64,000 nt of DNA from a virus, in the IMG/VR virus record IMGVR_UViG_3300047994_000617, positions 1 through 64,000 of that record; one strand, 5' to 3'. The position numbers and the translations under genes are program-made. The notes under the pieces are model-generated. The model did no database searches, was not told where the DNA came from, and worked only from the letters and a program-made list of their open reading frames with translations. This document shows positions 9,440 through 19,708 of this stretch, piece after piece (the stretch's first letter is position 1; every line of letters starts with the position of its first letter).

Positions 9440-9821
9440 GCCCGTCGTCCAAAGAGAGGCGAGCGACGTGCTGGACACCATCGCCGATTGGGTCCGCGGG
9501 CTCCCTAAATGCCCGATGTGCGGGGCGCCGACCGGCTGCTCACACGTCTGGCGGTGCGCGCTTGGACGGGTGCCCAGGCTCCATACACTGCTCGACGGTG
9601 CCAGCGATCCCGCATACCTGTTCCTCCTTGGGGAGCTGCGCCGCGAGCGCGCGGGATTCCACCTCGGAGTGCCGGAGGCTGCCCCGGAACCTCCAGCTCC
9701 CGCGACCGCGGCGTCGGCGCGAGCGACACCCGACGCGGAAGAGCCCCCGCCGAGCACGAAGCCGGAGCGACGCTCCGGTGCTCCCCGCCTCACGCTCCTG
9801 CCGCGCGGAGGGGCGTCGTGA
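9432..9821 (+). CDS. Hypothetical Zn-finger protein
   Basis: CPMCGAPTGCSH; coupled. Confidence 0.55.
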   Translation: MPEPVVQREASDVLDTIADWVRGLPKCPMCGAPTGCSHVWRCALGRVPRLHTLLDGASDPAYLFLLGELRRERAGFHLGVPEAAPEPPAPATAASARATPDAEEPPPSTKPERRSGAPRLTLLPRGGAS

Positions 9822-10651
9822 AGGGCCTCGTCGTCGAGAGCGGCGTCGCCGTCGGGGGTCGCGTGACGTACGCCGCCGCGAGTCACGAGGCTCTCCGCGC
9901 CCGGAACGAGGATCGGGCGCTCGTCGCCCCCGAGCTCGGTCTCTTCGGCGTCGCCGACGGCATGGGCGGGCACGCCGACGGCGCCAAAGCCGCCACGCTC
10001 GCCGTCGAGACGATGGCGCACACCGTCCGCGAGCGCATGATCTCGGGTCCGCTCGATCGCCATGCCGCCATCCTGTCGCGCTGTGCGCAGGCCGCCAACC
10101 TCGCCGTCTGGGAGGCGGGCCGGGGGCAAGGCGTCGCACGCATGGGGACCACGCTCGAAGCGGTCCTCGTCACCTGGCCCTGGCTTCTCGGCGTCCACGT
10201 CGGCGACAGCCGCGTGTACCTGCTCCGGCACGGTGCGCTGGTGCAGCTCACCGAGGATCACACCGTCCGCCAGGATTACATCAGGCGCGGCTTGGTCACC
10301 GCGGACGAGGCGACCGCACTCCTGCCCGCCAACGTGATCACCCGGGCGCTCGGCGCTGCGACCGTCAACGTCGACGCGTGGAACCATCGCGTGCGCCCGG
10401 GCGACAGCTTCCTGATCTGCTCTGACGGGCTTCACGGCGCCCTCCCGGACAGCGCCAGCGCCGACGCCCTCACCCAGGCACTCCGAGCCGGCCTTGGGGC
10501 CGAAGGGGCGATGCGGGCCCTCTTCGCGCGGGTGGCGCCGTTCGCGAGCGACAACGTGACCGCGGTGCTGCTCTGCGTGGGCGGACCCGCCGAGATCGAT
10601 GCCTCGCGATACCCGGATCGAAACGAAGCGCTGGAGGGATCTCGCTCATGA
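9818..10651 (+). CDS. PP2C/PPM-family Ser/Thr protein phosphatase
   Basis: RARNED, VADGMGG, MGTT, HVGDSRVY, TEDH, ITRALG, ICSDGL, DNVT. Confidence 0.95.
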   Translation: MKGLVVESGVAVGGRVTYAAASHEALRARNEDRALVAPELGLFGVADGMGGHADGAKAATLAVETMAHTVRERMISGPLDRHAAILSRCAQAANLAVWEAGRGQGVARMGTTLEAVLVTWPWLLGVHVGDSRVYLLRHGALVQLTEDHTVRQDYIRRGLVTADEATALLPANVITRALGAATVNVDAWNHRVRPGDSFLICSDGLHGALPDSASADALTQALRAGLGAEGAMRALFARVAPFASDNVTAVLLCVGGPAEIDASRYPDRNEALEGSRS

Positions 10652-12162
10652 TGTCCGTGCCGGATCGGTACCGCCGCGGTTCCCCCGTCAAGGTCGAGCC
10701 GCCTCTCGTGAACGGCCGCGTGCCGCCGCACGATCTCGACGCCGAGGCGGCCGTGCTCTCGGCCATCCTCCTGAGCCGGGACGCCCTCGATCGCGTGCTG
10801 GAGATCCTCAAGCCCGAGCACTTCTACTCGGACGCCAACGGCCGGATCTATGAGGCGGCCCAGGCCCTGGCCCTGGCGGGCCAGCCGATCGACGTGGTGC
10901 AGGTCGCCTCGTACCTCCGCGACCGTGAGCGCCTTGGGCAGGTCGGCGGGCTCGTCTATCTGGCCCAGCTCGCCGACGCCACGCCCGCCGTGGCGCACGT
11001 CGGCGCCCATGCCCAGACCGTCTACGAGAAGTGGCGGGTCCGGGCGCTGATCGCCACCTGCCAGCGGGTCTCCGCCGAGGGCTACGGCGACTACGGCACG
11101 GCGCAGGGGTTCATCGACGGCGCCGAGCACGACATCTACAAGCTCGCTCGCACCGCGGGGACCACCACCGTCCAGCCCATGAGCGCAGTCCTCCGGGTCG
11201 CGTTCAAGCAGTTGCAAGACGCAGCCGAGCGCGGCGACCGCATCACCGGGATCTCCACCGGCTACGACAAGCTCGACGGCAAGACTGCCGGCCTCCACGC
11301 CGGCGATCTCATGATCATCGCCGCCAGGCCGGGGATGGGGAAGACGAGCTTCACCACCGGGCTCGGCGTGAACGTCGCCTCACCGCGCGCGGTGGCCGGA
11401 GACCGCAACGAGCCGGAGCGCCAGGAACCCGGCTTCGGCGTGTGCATCTTCTCCCTGGAAATGCCACGCGAGCAGCTCGCCACCCGCATGGTCTGCGCCG
11501 AGGGCCGGGTCGACGTCGGCAAGGTCCGCCAGGGGTACCTTCAGCCCGACGACTGGCGCCGCCTCACCGAGGCCGCCGCTTACCTGTCGAGCCTCCCCCT
11601 CTGGATCGACGACACCTCCGCGCTCGGCATCCTTGAGCTCCGCGCCAAGGTCCGGCGGATCCAGGCCGAATACAACCGTGAGGCCATCCCTGCCGACCCG
11701 GTGAAGGGCACACCGGCGATCGCCGAGCGGAAGGTGGGCCTCGTGATCGTCGACTACCTCCAGCTCATGAAGGGGCGCGACGGGGTGAACAACCGCGAGC
11801 AGGAGATCAGCGAGATCAGCCGGGGCCTCAAGCAGCTCGCCAAGGAGCTCTCGGTCCCCGTCATCGCCCTCTCCCAGCTCAACCGCGCTGTCGAGACCCG
11901 GACCGTGAAGGGGGACAAGCGCCCCCAGCTCTCGGACCTCCGCGAATCCGGCGCGATCGAAGCGGACGCGGACACCATCATCTTCATCTACCGGGACGAG
12001 TATTACAACCCGGAGACCACCAACGCGAAGGGCATCGCGGAGCTCCTCATCGCGAAGCAGAGGAACGGTCCGACGGGCAAGGTGCTGACCCGGTTCACGG
12101 CCTCCTGCACGCGCTTCGATTCCCTCGCCGCCGGGGACTACCCCGAGATGGAGGAGCCGTGA
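10648..12162 (+). CDS. dnaB: Replicative DNA helicase DnaB
   Basis: PPHDLDAE, AARPGMGKT, FSLEM, IVDYLQL, LSQLNR, SDLRESGAIE, KQRNGPTG. Confidence 0.98.
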   Translation: MMSVPDRYRRGSPVKVEPPLVNGRVPPHDLDAEAAVLSAILLSRDALDRVLEILKPEHFYSDANGRIYEAAQALALAGQPIDVVQVASYLRDRERLGQVGGLVYLAQLADATPAVAHVGAHAQTVYEKWRVRALIATCQRVSAEGYGDYGTAQGFIDGAEHDIYKLARTAGTTTVQPMSAVLRVAFKQLQDAAERGDRITGISTGYDKLDGKTAGLHAGDLMIIAARPGMGKTSFTTGLGVNVASPRAVAGDRNEPERQEPGFGVCIFSLEMPREQLATRMVCAEGRVDVGKVRQGYLQPDDWRRLTEAAAYLSSLPLWIDDTSALGILELRAKVRRIQAEYNREAIPADPVKGTPAIAERKVGLVIVDYLQLMKGRDGVNNREQEISEISRGLKQLAKELSVPVIALSQLNRAVETRTVKGDKRPQLSDLRESGAIEADADTIIFIYRDEYYNPETTNAKGIAELLIAKQRNGPTGKVLTRFTASCTRFDSLAAGDYPEMEEP

Positions 12163-12845
12163 TGGACGCGCGACTGGACGGCTTCCGGACGCTCGCCCAA
12201 ACGGATGCGCCGACGGCCCCTGGCCCCGCCACGAGCGAGACCACGCGCCGGCGCAAGCGGGCCGCCCCTCCGGTCAACGTCGACCGTGAGATGAAGCTCG
12301 CCCCCGACGATCGGACCGATCACCTGGCCCGGATCGAGAAGGCGAGGGCCGTCGCGGCGCTCCGTTGGACCAAGGCCGAGAAGGCAGCGGAGCTCACCCG
12401 CGCCGCGTACGCGCGCCTCGGCAACGTCTCCCGGGAGGAACTCTCCATCGAGGCCGACGCCTGGGAGCTGGTCGAGGCGGACGGGGCGACTGCGGAGGCG
12501 ATCGAGGCGCACCGGAAGGAAGCGCTGGAGGACCTCGGCGCGGAGGGCAACGAAGAAGACCTCGACGTCGTAACCGTCCAGGCGACCCACGACCTGGCCA
12601 GGGACCTGCTCGAGCTGGTGGATGACGATGCCTACGAGGTCAAGACGCTCCTTGGGCTGAACCTCGGGGAGTCCGAAGAGTCCCCCGGCCAGGCCCGGGC
12701 GCGGTTCGCGATGGCGGCGAAGCTCCGCGCCCTGGTGAACGCCTACGCGGCCGAGCTCGCGGCCTACCTCGCCACCTACCCGGCGGACGAGCGAGATCAG
12801 GCGGAAGAGGCCCTTCGGGACCTCGTGTTCGGAGAGGAATCATGA
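12159..12845 (+). CDS. Hypothetical acidic helical protein
   Basis: Coupled to dnaB. Confidence 0.7.
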   Translation: MMDARLDGFRTLAQTDAPTAPGPATSETTRRRKRAAPPVNVDREMKLAPDDRTDHLARIEKARAVAALRWTKAEKAAELTRAAYARLGNVSREELSIEADAWELVEADGATAEAIEAHRKEALEDLGAEGNEEDLDVVTVQATHDLARDLLELVDDDAYEVKTLLGLNLGESEESPGQARARFAMAAKLRALVNAYAAELAAYLATYPADERDQAEEALRDLVFGEES

Positions 12846-14119
12846 AGACTGAACACCGACCGGTCTCGCGAGGGGAAGCCCTTGCGCTCCCCTCTTCCCC
12901 CGAGGTGTCGCCGGCGGCGCCCGCGTTTGCGTGCTGCCCCCTCTGCCGGGGTCCCGCCCGGCTCTGCGGCGGCCACGCCCGATGCACGGGCGGAGGGACC
13001 ACCGCCGATCAGCTCCGGTGGGTGACGGGGATCCGGTGCGTCTACGGCGCCCTCTTCCTCCTCGGCACGCCGGCCATGGTCTGGAGCGGCTCCCTGCTCC
13101 GGCTCGGGCGGCTCGTCGTGGCGGGCACGAGGCCGCCGTCTGGCGTGGTCGACGTGGCCGCCGCGCGCGTGCCGCTCGCTCTCGAGGTGGACGGCGCGTA
13201 CGCCGCCAGCCTGGCGATCGGCTACCTCACTCAGGAGGACCTCGACCAGCTCTGGGACCTCAAGACGCTGGTCGTAGAGGCCGCGAGGGCGCGGACCATC
13301 GACCCCTGGGTCGACGATCTCTGGGTGGCGGTGCGCGCCGCCCTCGCGACGCCCCTGGAGCCGAATGCCTTCCCGCTCTTCGCCGTCCGCTGCCAGGATT
13401 GCTGGAAGCCCGGCGCCGGCAGGAAGCTCCCGCCCCTCCTGGTCGACGTCGGGACGTTCGATGATGCGATCCGGTGCCCGGGGTGCGGCGAGATCCCCGC
13501 GCACCCGCTCCCGGACGTGAAGACGCGGGCGCCCCACCCGGTCGGGCGATGCCTCGGCGGCGCCTGGGGGAGCCCGAACCGGTGCCAGGCCCACGAGGGT
13601 TTCGAGCTCGACGAGACGGGCTTGTGCGTCGAAGGCCGGGCGGTGATGGAGAAGGCGGTCCCGCTGGCCGCCGCCATGGTCGACGGGACCCACCATCCCC
13701 ACGACGAGGCGCTCGTGCGCGCGGTGGTGAGGGCCCACGAGAGCGCCCAGCGAGCGCTCGCGGAGGAGCAGCACCAGGCGATCAGCCGCAGCATGGAGGC
13801 CCTCGTCCTCGGGATGAAGGCGCGCGGTGGTCCGCCCTCGAAGGATCAGATCCTCGGCAACTACGAGGAGCACATGGGGGGCTTCCAGACGGTCCTCGAG
13901 GAGGCGTTCGGGAGCGTCGATGCCTTCGTGAACCGCATGGATCAGGTCGTCGAGGGCGCGGGCGGCCTCGGGCCGTTCATCGGTAAGTTCGTTGCGGGGA
14001 TCTTCGGGGCCGGTGCGTCGGCGGAGCCGACGGCCGACGAACAAGCGGTTCTGCCGCCGGCGCCGCCCGAGAAGCGGAAGCGGAAGGCGCGCCGGCGGCG
14101 GGCAAGAGGGGGCGCGTGA
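12842..14119 (+). CDS. Hypothetical protein with several CxxC motifs
   Basis: ATGA coupling; CPLC, CQDC, CPGC. Confidence 0.7.
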   Translation: MKTEHRPVSRGEALALPSSPEVSPAAPAFACCPLCRGPARLCGGHARCTGGGTTADQLRWVTGIRCVYGALFLLGTPAMVWSGSLLRLGRLVVAGTRPPSGVVDVAAARVPLALEVDGAYAASLAIGYLTQEDLDQLWDLKTLVVEAARARTIDPWVDDLWVAVRAALATPLEPNAFPLFAVRCQDCWKPGAGRKLPPLLVDVGTFDDAIRCPGCGEIPAHPLPDVKTRAPHPVGRCLGGAWGSPNRCQAHEGFELDETGLCVEGRAVMEKAVPLAAAMVDGTHHPHDEALVRAVVRAHESAQRALAEEQHQAISRSMEALVLGMKARGGPPSKDQILGNYEEHMGGFQTVLEEAFGSVDAFVNRMDQVVEGAGGLGPFIGKFVAGIFGAGASAEPTADEQAVLPPAPPEKRKRKARRRRARGGA

Positions 14120-14673
14120 TGGGCCTCTTCGACGATCTGCGCGAGGCGGCCGCGGGCTTCGTCCAAGCCGTGGAGGGCGGACGCAAGGTAGTCACGGCTG
14201 CCGACGCGGCCGCGGTGAAGGCCGGGCGGGTCGCCGGTCACCTCACCGACGAGAAGACCGTGGCCAAGGTGGTCGGCGCCGGCGTCGGCGCCGCGCTCAG
14301 CGTCGCCGCGGACGAGGCGAGGCGCGCGGCCGATGGCGCGTCCGGCCCGCGGGCACCGGCCCCCGCGCAGGCGGGGCGGAGGCCGGGCAAGAGCCTGGGG
14401 ATCTGCTGCGCTGGACACGGCGAGCAGCGGTGGAGCACATGGCGGCACACCATCGTTTGCGCCGCCCCGCGGTGCGGGCGGATCTTCCAGACCATCAACC
14501 CGGCCGGACGGCACTTCGCGCCCCCGGTCTGCGCCTGCGGGGCCCGCCTCCTGCCGCCGGCGGTTCCGGATGGGGAGCCCTCGAGCGCGGTGCCCCTGTG
14601 CAGCCCCTGCTTCGACGAGGCCGTGGCGGCGGGCGTGGACCGCATGACCCAGGACCCGGGAGGGAGAGCCTGA
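14116..14673 (+). CDS. Hypothetical Cys-rich protein
   Basis: GTGA coupling; C-terminal Cys cluster. Confidence 0.65.
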   Translation: MMGLFDDLREAAAGFVQAVEGGRKVVTAADAAAVKAGRVAGHLTDEKTVAKVVGAGVGAALSVAADEARRAADGASGPRAPAPAQAGRRPGKSLGICCAGHGEQRWSTWRHTIVCAAPRCGRIFQTINPAGRHFAPPVCACGARLLPPAVPDGEPSSAVPLCSPCFDEAVAAGVDRMTQDPGGRA

Positions 14674-15200
14674 TGCAGTTCGACACTTACGACGCCGACC
14701 TCTCCCGGGCGCTCGGTGGGATCCCCGCCCGCGGCACGGTGCTCGTCACGGGTGCCGCCGCCACCGGGAAGAGCTCGCTGATCGCTCGGCTCCTCCGGGC
14801 GGTGGCCCTGGCCCCCACGCCCGGCGCCATCCACTGGCTCGACCGCGATCGCACGCCGGAGGGGGCGCTGGCGTTCTTGAAACGCGCCGGCGTCCAGGTC
14901 GGGCGCTTCCCGCGTCTGGTCGTGCGCGACACCGGCACCGTGCGCGTCGTGCCTGCGGACGCCGCGGCGCTCGCAATGCTCACGCTGGAGGAGTGGGCGA
15001 CCTCGGTCCAAGAGCGGGAAGCCTTGCTGCGGGACGTCTTCGCCCACCCGGCCCGGGTGAAGGTGGTGGAGCTCCGAACCCGGACCCTGCCCATGATGAT
15101 GCAGGCGATCCGCACTGAGCGGGATGGGAGCCGTATCGCGGTGGTGAACGTGCGGCAGGGCGGGATGCCGGTCTCCATCCGCGGCTGGGGAGAGTCATGA
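14673..15200 (+). CDS. Short, divergent RecA/RadA/KaiC-like P-loop protein
   Basis: LSRALGGIPARGTVLVTGAAATGKS; Walker B poorly conserved. Confidence 0.65.
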   Translation: MQFDTYDADLSRALGGIPARGTVLVTGAAATGKSSLIARLLRAVALAPTPGAIHWLDRDRTPEGALAFLKRAGVQVGRFPRLVVRDTGTVRVVPADAAALAMLTLEEWATSVQEREALLRDVFAHPARVKVVELRTRTLPMMMQAIRTERDGSRIAVVNVRQGGMPVSIRGWGES

Positions 15201-15508
15201 CCGCCCCGTGCACCGCCAAGCCCTGCCCGGAACACGTCTACCGGCCCTGGTCCACCGCCGACTGCGGCGACCTCTCGCTGAAGGACATCGAGCAGATCCG
15301 TGCCGACGCCGCCAGGGTCGAGCGTCTCGCCCAGGTGGTTCCGCTCGCCGCCAACGTGGCGCGGGGGACCCGGGCCCTCGCCGACCAACTCGAGCGGGCG
15401 GCGCATAAGCTGGGGCTGGAGTTCCTGGCCCGAACCGGCCAGATCGAACGGCGCCGGGCCGATGCGGATGCACGGGCGATGGCGCCCCTGGAGAGAGCCC
15501 CGCGATGA
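15197..15508 (+). CDS. Hypothetical protein
   Basis: ATGA coupling. Confidence 0.6.
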   Translation: MTAPCTAKPCPEHVYRPWSTADCGDLSLKDIEQIRADAARVERLAQVVPLAANVARGTRALADQLERAAHKLGLEFLARTGQIERRRADADARAMAPLERAPR

Positions 15509-15753
15509 GCGCGTCGAGCGTGCCCCGGGAGACCTGCGAGCGGTGCGGCGAGCTCCGCGTGGTCGAGGTCGTCGACGGCATCAAGGAGATCCTCGTCGGA
15601 CGTCGCCCGCCGAACCTGCGAGATGATGCGTGGAACGCGAGAATCCACGCAGCGCCCCGGGGCGACGTCCGCTGGTGCCGGGGGTGCCGAAGCGTCCTCG
15701 GGACGGGGCAGACCGAGCTCCCCCTGAACGCACCCAAGGGACGGGCAGCATGA
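15505..15753 (+). CDS. Small Zn-finger protein
   Basis: CERC..CRGC; ATGA coupling. Confidence 0.6.
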   Translation: MSASSVPRETCERCGELRVVEVVDGIKEILVGRRPPNLRDDAWNARIHAAPRGDVRWCRGCRSVLGTGQTELPLNAPKGRAA

Positions 15754-16412
15754 GCGACCCGAACGAGCCGAGGCGCTACCTCACCGGCGACGCGGACCAG
15801 GCCCGCGTCGAGCTCGTCATCCGCGGCCCCGAGGGGAACGGGGACTACTACGTCTCGATCGTCCCCGAGGGGCACAAGCTCGCGCGGCTGGCGGACGTCA
15901 CCCAGACCGGGGAGGATCTCAAGGTCGCGCTCGGGCCCTATGCGACCGTCCGGGTGGTGACCAGCGGGGAGCCGTCCCAGCACCAGGGCGTCGCGGAGGC
16001 GGTGGCGCAGCTCTACCGGGCGATGGGGGGCGAGGTCCGGCGGCAGATGCTGCTGGCGGATCCGGCGCCGACGCGGCGGGACTCGGAGGACGGGACGTCC
16101 GCCGAGCTGGAGGCGCTCCGTGCCCGCGCCGAGAAGGCCGAAGCCGCCTTCGCACCCCTCGCCGCTCACTTCGAGCGGGAGGGATTGGCGCTCGACGGGG
16201 AGACGACCCTGGAGACGGCGCTGCGGATCCTCGCGCTGCGCGGTGACGAGATCGCTTCGCTCAAGGCCCAGCTCGCCGACGCGAGCGCAGCGAGCAAAAC
16301 CGCCGTGGAGGAGATCGCGCGGGTCGGTCGCGAGATCAAGGCCGACGGGTTCCTCGTCTGGGGCTCTGCGCTTGAGGCGGTGGCCGCGCAGCTCCACCCG
16401 AGGTCCCCATGA
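15750..16412 (+). CDS. Hypothetical protein with a coiled coil
   Basis: ATGA coupling. Confidence 0.65.
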   Translation: MSDPNEPRRYLTGDADQARVELVIRGPEGNGDYYVSIVPEGHKLARLADVTQTGEDLKVALGPYATVRVVTSGEPSQHQGVAEAVAQLYRAMGGEVRRQMLLADPAPTRRDSEDGTSAELEALRARAEKAEAAFAPLAAHFEREGLALDGETTLETALRILALRGDEIASLKAQLADASAASKTAVEEIARVGREIKADGFLVWGSALEAVAAQLHPRSP

Positions 16413-17891
16413 GAGCCTTCGAGCTCTTCGCCGGCTCCGGCGCCCTCGCCTACGGCTTCCGTCAGGCCGGGATCACGTTCGAGATGGTGATCGACGCCGA
16501 TCCGAACGCCTGCGCCAGCTACGAGGCCAACCTCGGCCAGCGCCCCGTCCAGATGGACGTCCGGGATCTGATCCGGCTCCTCAAGGCCGGCTGGTCCCCG
16601 GGCCCCATCGACCTCCTCTGCGCCGATCCGCCGTGCGCCATGTGGAGCCGCGCCGGGAAGCGAGAGGGACTCGAGGATCCCCGGGACACGCTGGAGGAGA
16701 CCGTGGAGGTGGTGCGGCTGACGATGCCCACCGCGTTCCTGATCGGCAACATCCCCGGCCTCCAGGACTCGACGCACCTCCCCGTCGTGAGGGCCACGAT
16801 CGGGAGCCTGGCCAGGAAGGGCTACTGCATCCACTTCGCCGAGTTCGACGCGGTGGACTTCGGCGTCCCGCAGTTTCGGGCGCGGCCGTTTTGGTTCGGC
16901 CACCGCGCTGGTCCCTGCATCGTTTGGCCGGTGCCGACCCACGGGAACCCGAAGAAGCTGAAGCAGCACGGGCTCCCGCTCGCGGGGGTGGAGACGCGGG
17001 CGCCCTGGGTGACATGCCAGGAAGCCCTCGCCGGCCTCGCTCCGGAGGACATGGGGCGCGTCACGCACGTGAAGGAGCCGAAGGCGCGCGTCGTGAACGA
17101 GAAGCTGGTCGCGCCGCCGGCGCCTGGGCAGGCCGGGCTCGGGCTGGAGGGGACTCCGCAGCCCGAGGCGGGGCGAGTGAAAGCGCGCGCCCGCATCCCT
17201 CAGTCCGCTCGCCTTGGGGACCCGGCGGCGCCGGCGATGACGATGACCACCAAGCCCGCGAGGGCGGGCGCCGGGGATTCGGTGGTGCTCGCGCTCCACC
17301 CGAAGCACCCGATCAGCCAACCGGACGCTCCGAGCTTCGCCATCGGCGTGGGCGCATCGGGCGGAGGCGCGCAGGGCGGCAAGGTGCTGGCGCTCGGCGA
17401 CTCGCGCGACGGCCGCGCCGTGCGGGACCAGCCCCTGATGGGCAACCGGATCGGCATTGCAGAAGCGCCGAGCGCGGCGGTCACGGCGAAGCCCTCCCGA
17501 GTCGGGGCCGGCGCCGCCGTCGTCCTCGGGTGGCCCTGGGATCGGCCCTCCACCGCGGTCACGACGGACGATCGCATTGCGCCGCCGGGGCACATCGATC
17601 GACTCAAGGTCTCGGCGATCTTCTCCCAGCCCAACGCGATCGTGCTCTCCGAGAAGGCCGCCACGCGCCTCCAGGGGCTCCCGGACGGCTGGGTCTTCAT
17701 CGGCGACACCAAGAGGGCCCGCTGGTCCCAGCTCGGGCAGGCGCTGCCCCCCCCCCGTCGCCAGGGCGATCGGGCTGTCGATCCTGGTGTGCTTCAAGGG
17801 CATGCCCCAGGCGGTGCCGGTCCCCATCCGACGCCGGCGCGCGAAGCCTCCGGTGCAGCTTCCCCTCGCGGCGGAAGGGGGAAACCGATGA
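16409..17891 (+). CDS. Second C5 cytosine methyltransferase, frameshifted at a C10 tract
   Basis: FAGSG, DPPC, GNI in place of ENV, PQFRAR, RLQGLP; motif X (GQALPPP-VARAIG) continues in another frame after 17747-17756. Confidence 0.85.
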
Positions 17892-18394
17892 GCGTCGAGC
17901 ACCTCATCGCCGTACTCGGGGCCGCCGTGTCGATCCTCGTCACCATCGTGCCGATGGCGCTGCTCCCCGACGTGGATCCCCCGCCTCCGGGACCGGCGCC
18001 CGATGATCCGCTCCGCGAGGCGGTGAGCTACCGGGACAACCCCCGAGCTCGGAGGCTCTCCCGGTGGCATCGGATTCGCGCGTGGGCACGCCGAGCGTGG
18101 GCAAGTAGGCCCTGGGGTGGGGAGGGGAACGCGACGAACACGGTCGCGGGACACCTCGTCCACTTCCACGCCGGCCACGAGCGCACGGCGTGCGACAGGG
18201 CGCTGGCGGATGTGCGGGCGTGGCGCGTCGGGCGCACCAATTTCGACATCGAGGGGGACGACCGCTGCCCCGCGTGCCTCGCCGTGCTCGAAAGGCGCGA
18301 ACTGCACCGTCCGCGCCGGCAGATGAAGCTCGCGGCCCTCGGTCTCGCTGCTCTCGCTCTTGTCGCTCTCACGATCTGGAGGTGGCTGTGGTGA
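17888..18394 (+). CDS. Hypothetical membrane protein
   Basis: RBS plus ATGA overlap with the corrected MTase stop; TM helices at both ends. Confidence 0.65.
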   Translation: MSVEHLIAVLGAAVSILVTIVPMALLPDVDPPPPGPAPDDPLREAVSYRDNPRARRLSRWHRIRAWARRAWASRPWGGEGNATNTVAGHLVHFHAGHERTACDRALADVRAWRVGRTNFDIEGDDRCPACLAVLERRELHRPRRQMKLAALGLAALALVALTIWRWLW

Positions 18395-18768
18395 ACCTCG
18401 ACGACAAGTCCCTGGCCCTGCTCGAAGCTCTCCGGTCCGGCCCGGGGTACGGGCTCGATTTGGTCAGCCGCGTGCAGACCCGGCACGGCATCGCGCTCTC
18501 GCTGCCCGACGTCCACCCGATCCTCCGGGACCTGGAGACGGAGGGGCTCCTGGTGAGCTGGAACGGGGAGACGGCGCCGGCCAAGGGAGCGAGGCCGCGG
18601 AGGTACTACGCGCTGACCCCGGAGGGGGAGCGCCACGCGCGGGAGGCGCTCCAGACCGAGCCGGAGGCCCGATGGCGGCGGATCTTCAAGGGCGTGGCTG
18701 TCGGACTCGCGCTCGTGCTCCTCGTGGTGACCCTGGGGGCGCTCGTGATCCGGGGGTGCGGGGGATGA
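18391..18768 (+). CDS. PadR-family regulator with a C-terminal TM helix
   Basis: GYGLDL, VHPILRDLETEGLL, RPRRYYALTPEG. Confidence 0.85.
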   Translation: MNLDDKSLALLEALRSGPGYGLDLVSRVQTRHGIALSLPDVHPILRDLETEGLLVSWNGETAPAKGARPRRYYALTPEGERHAREALQTEPEARWRRIFKGVAVGLALVLLVVTLGALVIRGCGG

Positions 18769-19082
18769 AGATGCGACGACGAGCGGTGGTGCGCGTCTTT
18801 CACGCGGGGGCCGAACGCGTCGAGCGTCCGCTGCCCGAGGGTGGAAGCCAGACGGCGGGAGCATCTTCCGGAGGAGGCAAAGAGGTTCACGCGGTGCCGG
18901 TGTGCCCGGCGCGCGCCGGCGGCGGAACCGGTGTCGTACGACTCCCTCGCGACTGGATTGAGGTGCTGCTCATCAGGGCGACAGGCCGCGGGTGGGACGC
19001 TCCGGAGAAGTCCGACACCACGATGCCGCGACCGAACCAATCAACTTCGGCAGGGCCGTCGGCCCGAGTAGATCGTTCAGCC

Positions 19083-19397
19083 ATGACGCCTGGAAAACTC
19101 GAAGTCACGATCAAGATCAACGAGCTCCCCACCGAGGTGACCGCGAACAAGAACGGGTGGAAGGAGTTCGTGCTCGACTGCGGCGGGCGGGTCGTCACCA
19201 TCGCCCTCCGGCCGAGGATGTGGACCAAGATCGAGGAGGCCGCGAAGCAGTGGCCCCTCTGGCTCGCCAGCATCACCGGGCAGATGGGCAAGCCCAACGG
19301 GGCCGGCTTCGAGCTGCTCGAGCCGGCGGTCCAGGTCTTCGAGCGGAAGACGAAGCCCGCCGCCGAGCCCGCGCAACAGACGGGGGACCCGCGATGA
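19083..19397 (+). CDS. Conserved small beta protein (family often labelled 'FinO-like')
   Basis: GKLEVTIKINELP..NGWKEF..WLASITGQMG..FELLEPAVQVFERK; family recalled, not searched. Confidence 0.7.
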   Translation: MTPGKLEVTIKINELPTEVTANKNGWKEFVLDCGGRVVTIALRPRMWTKIEEAAKQWPLWLASITGQMGKPNGAGFELLEPAVQVFERKTKPAAEPAQQTGDPR

Positions 19398-19708
19398 TCT
19401 CCTACGGCATTTCCCCCACGCTCGGGCCCTGCATGACCATCACCATGCCCGTCGGCGGGCCGTGCGAGATCCACGACCACCCCGGGGGAGGCCCGTGCCC
19501 TGGGTGCATCGCCGAGATCCAGCGCTTCAACGAGGAGTGCCGTCGGGCGTTCCCGCCGAGCCTCCCGACGTACCCGATCCCGGCCGCGATCTGGCCGCCG
19601 CCGGTGCCGGGCGTCACCGGGCCGTGGGTGCCCCCGATCCAATACGTGGGGACGCCGATGCCCGGCCAGTGCGCGGAGATCACCTGCGGACCCGCGAGGG
19701 ACCTGTGA
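19394..19708 (+). CDS. Pro/Cys-rich hypothetical protein
   Basis: ATGA coupling. Confidence 0.55.
   Translation: MISYGISPTLGPCMTITMPVGGPCEIHDHPGGGPCPGCIAEIQRFNEECRRAFPPSLPTYPIPAAIWPPPVPGVTGPWVPPIQYVGTPMPGQCAEITCGPARDL

Noticed and set aside
16409-18394. 661-aa MTase-membrane fusion as the native protein
   Set aside because: Produced by the C10 tract; motif X continues in another frame
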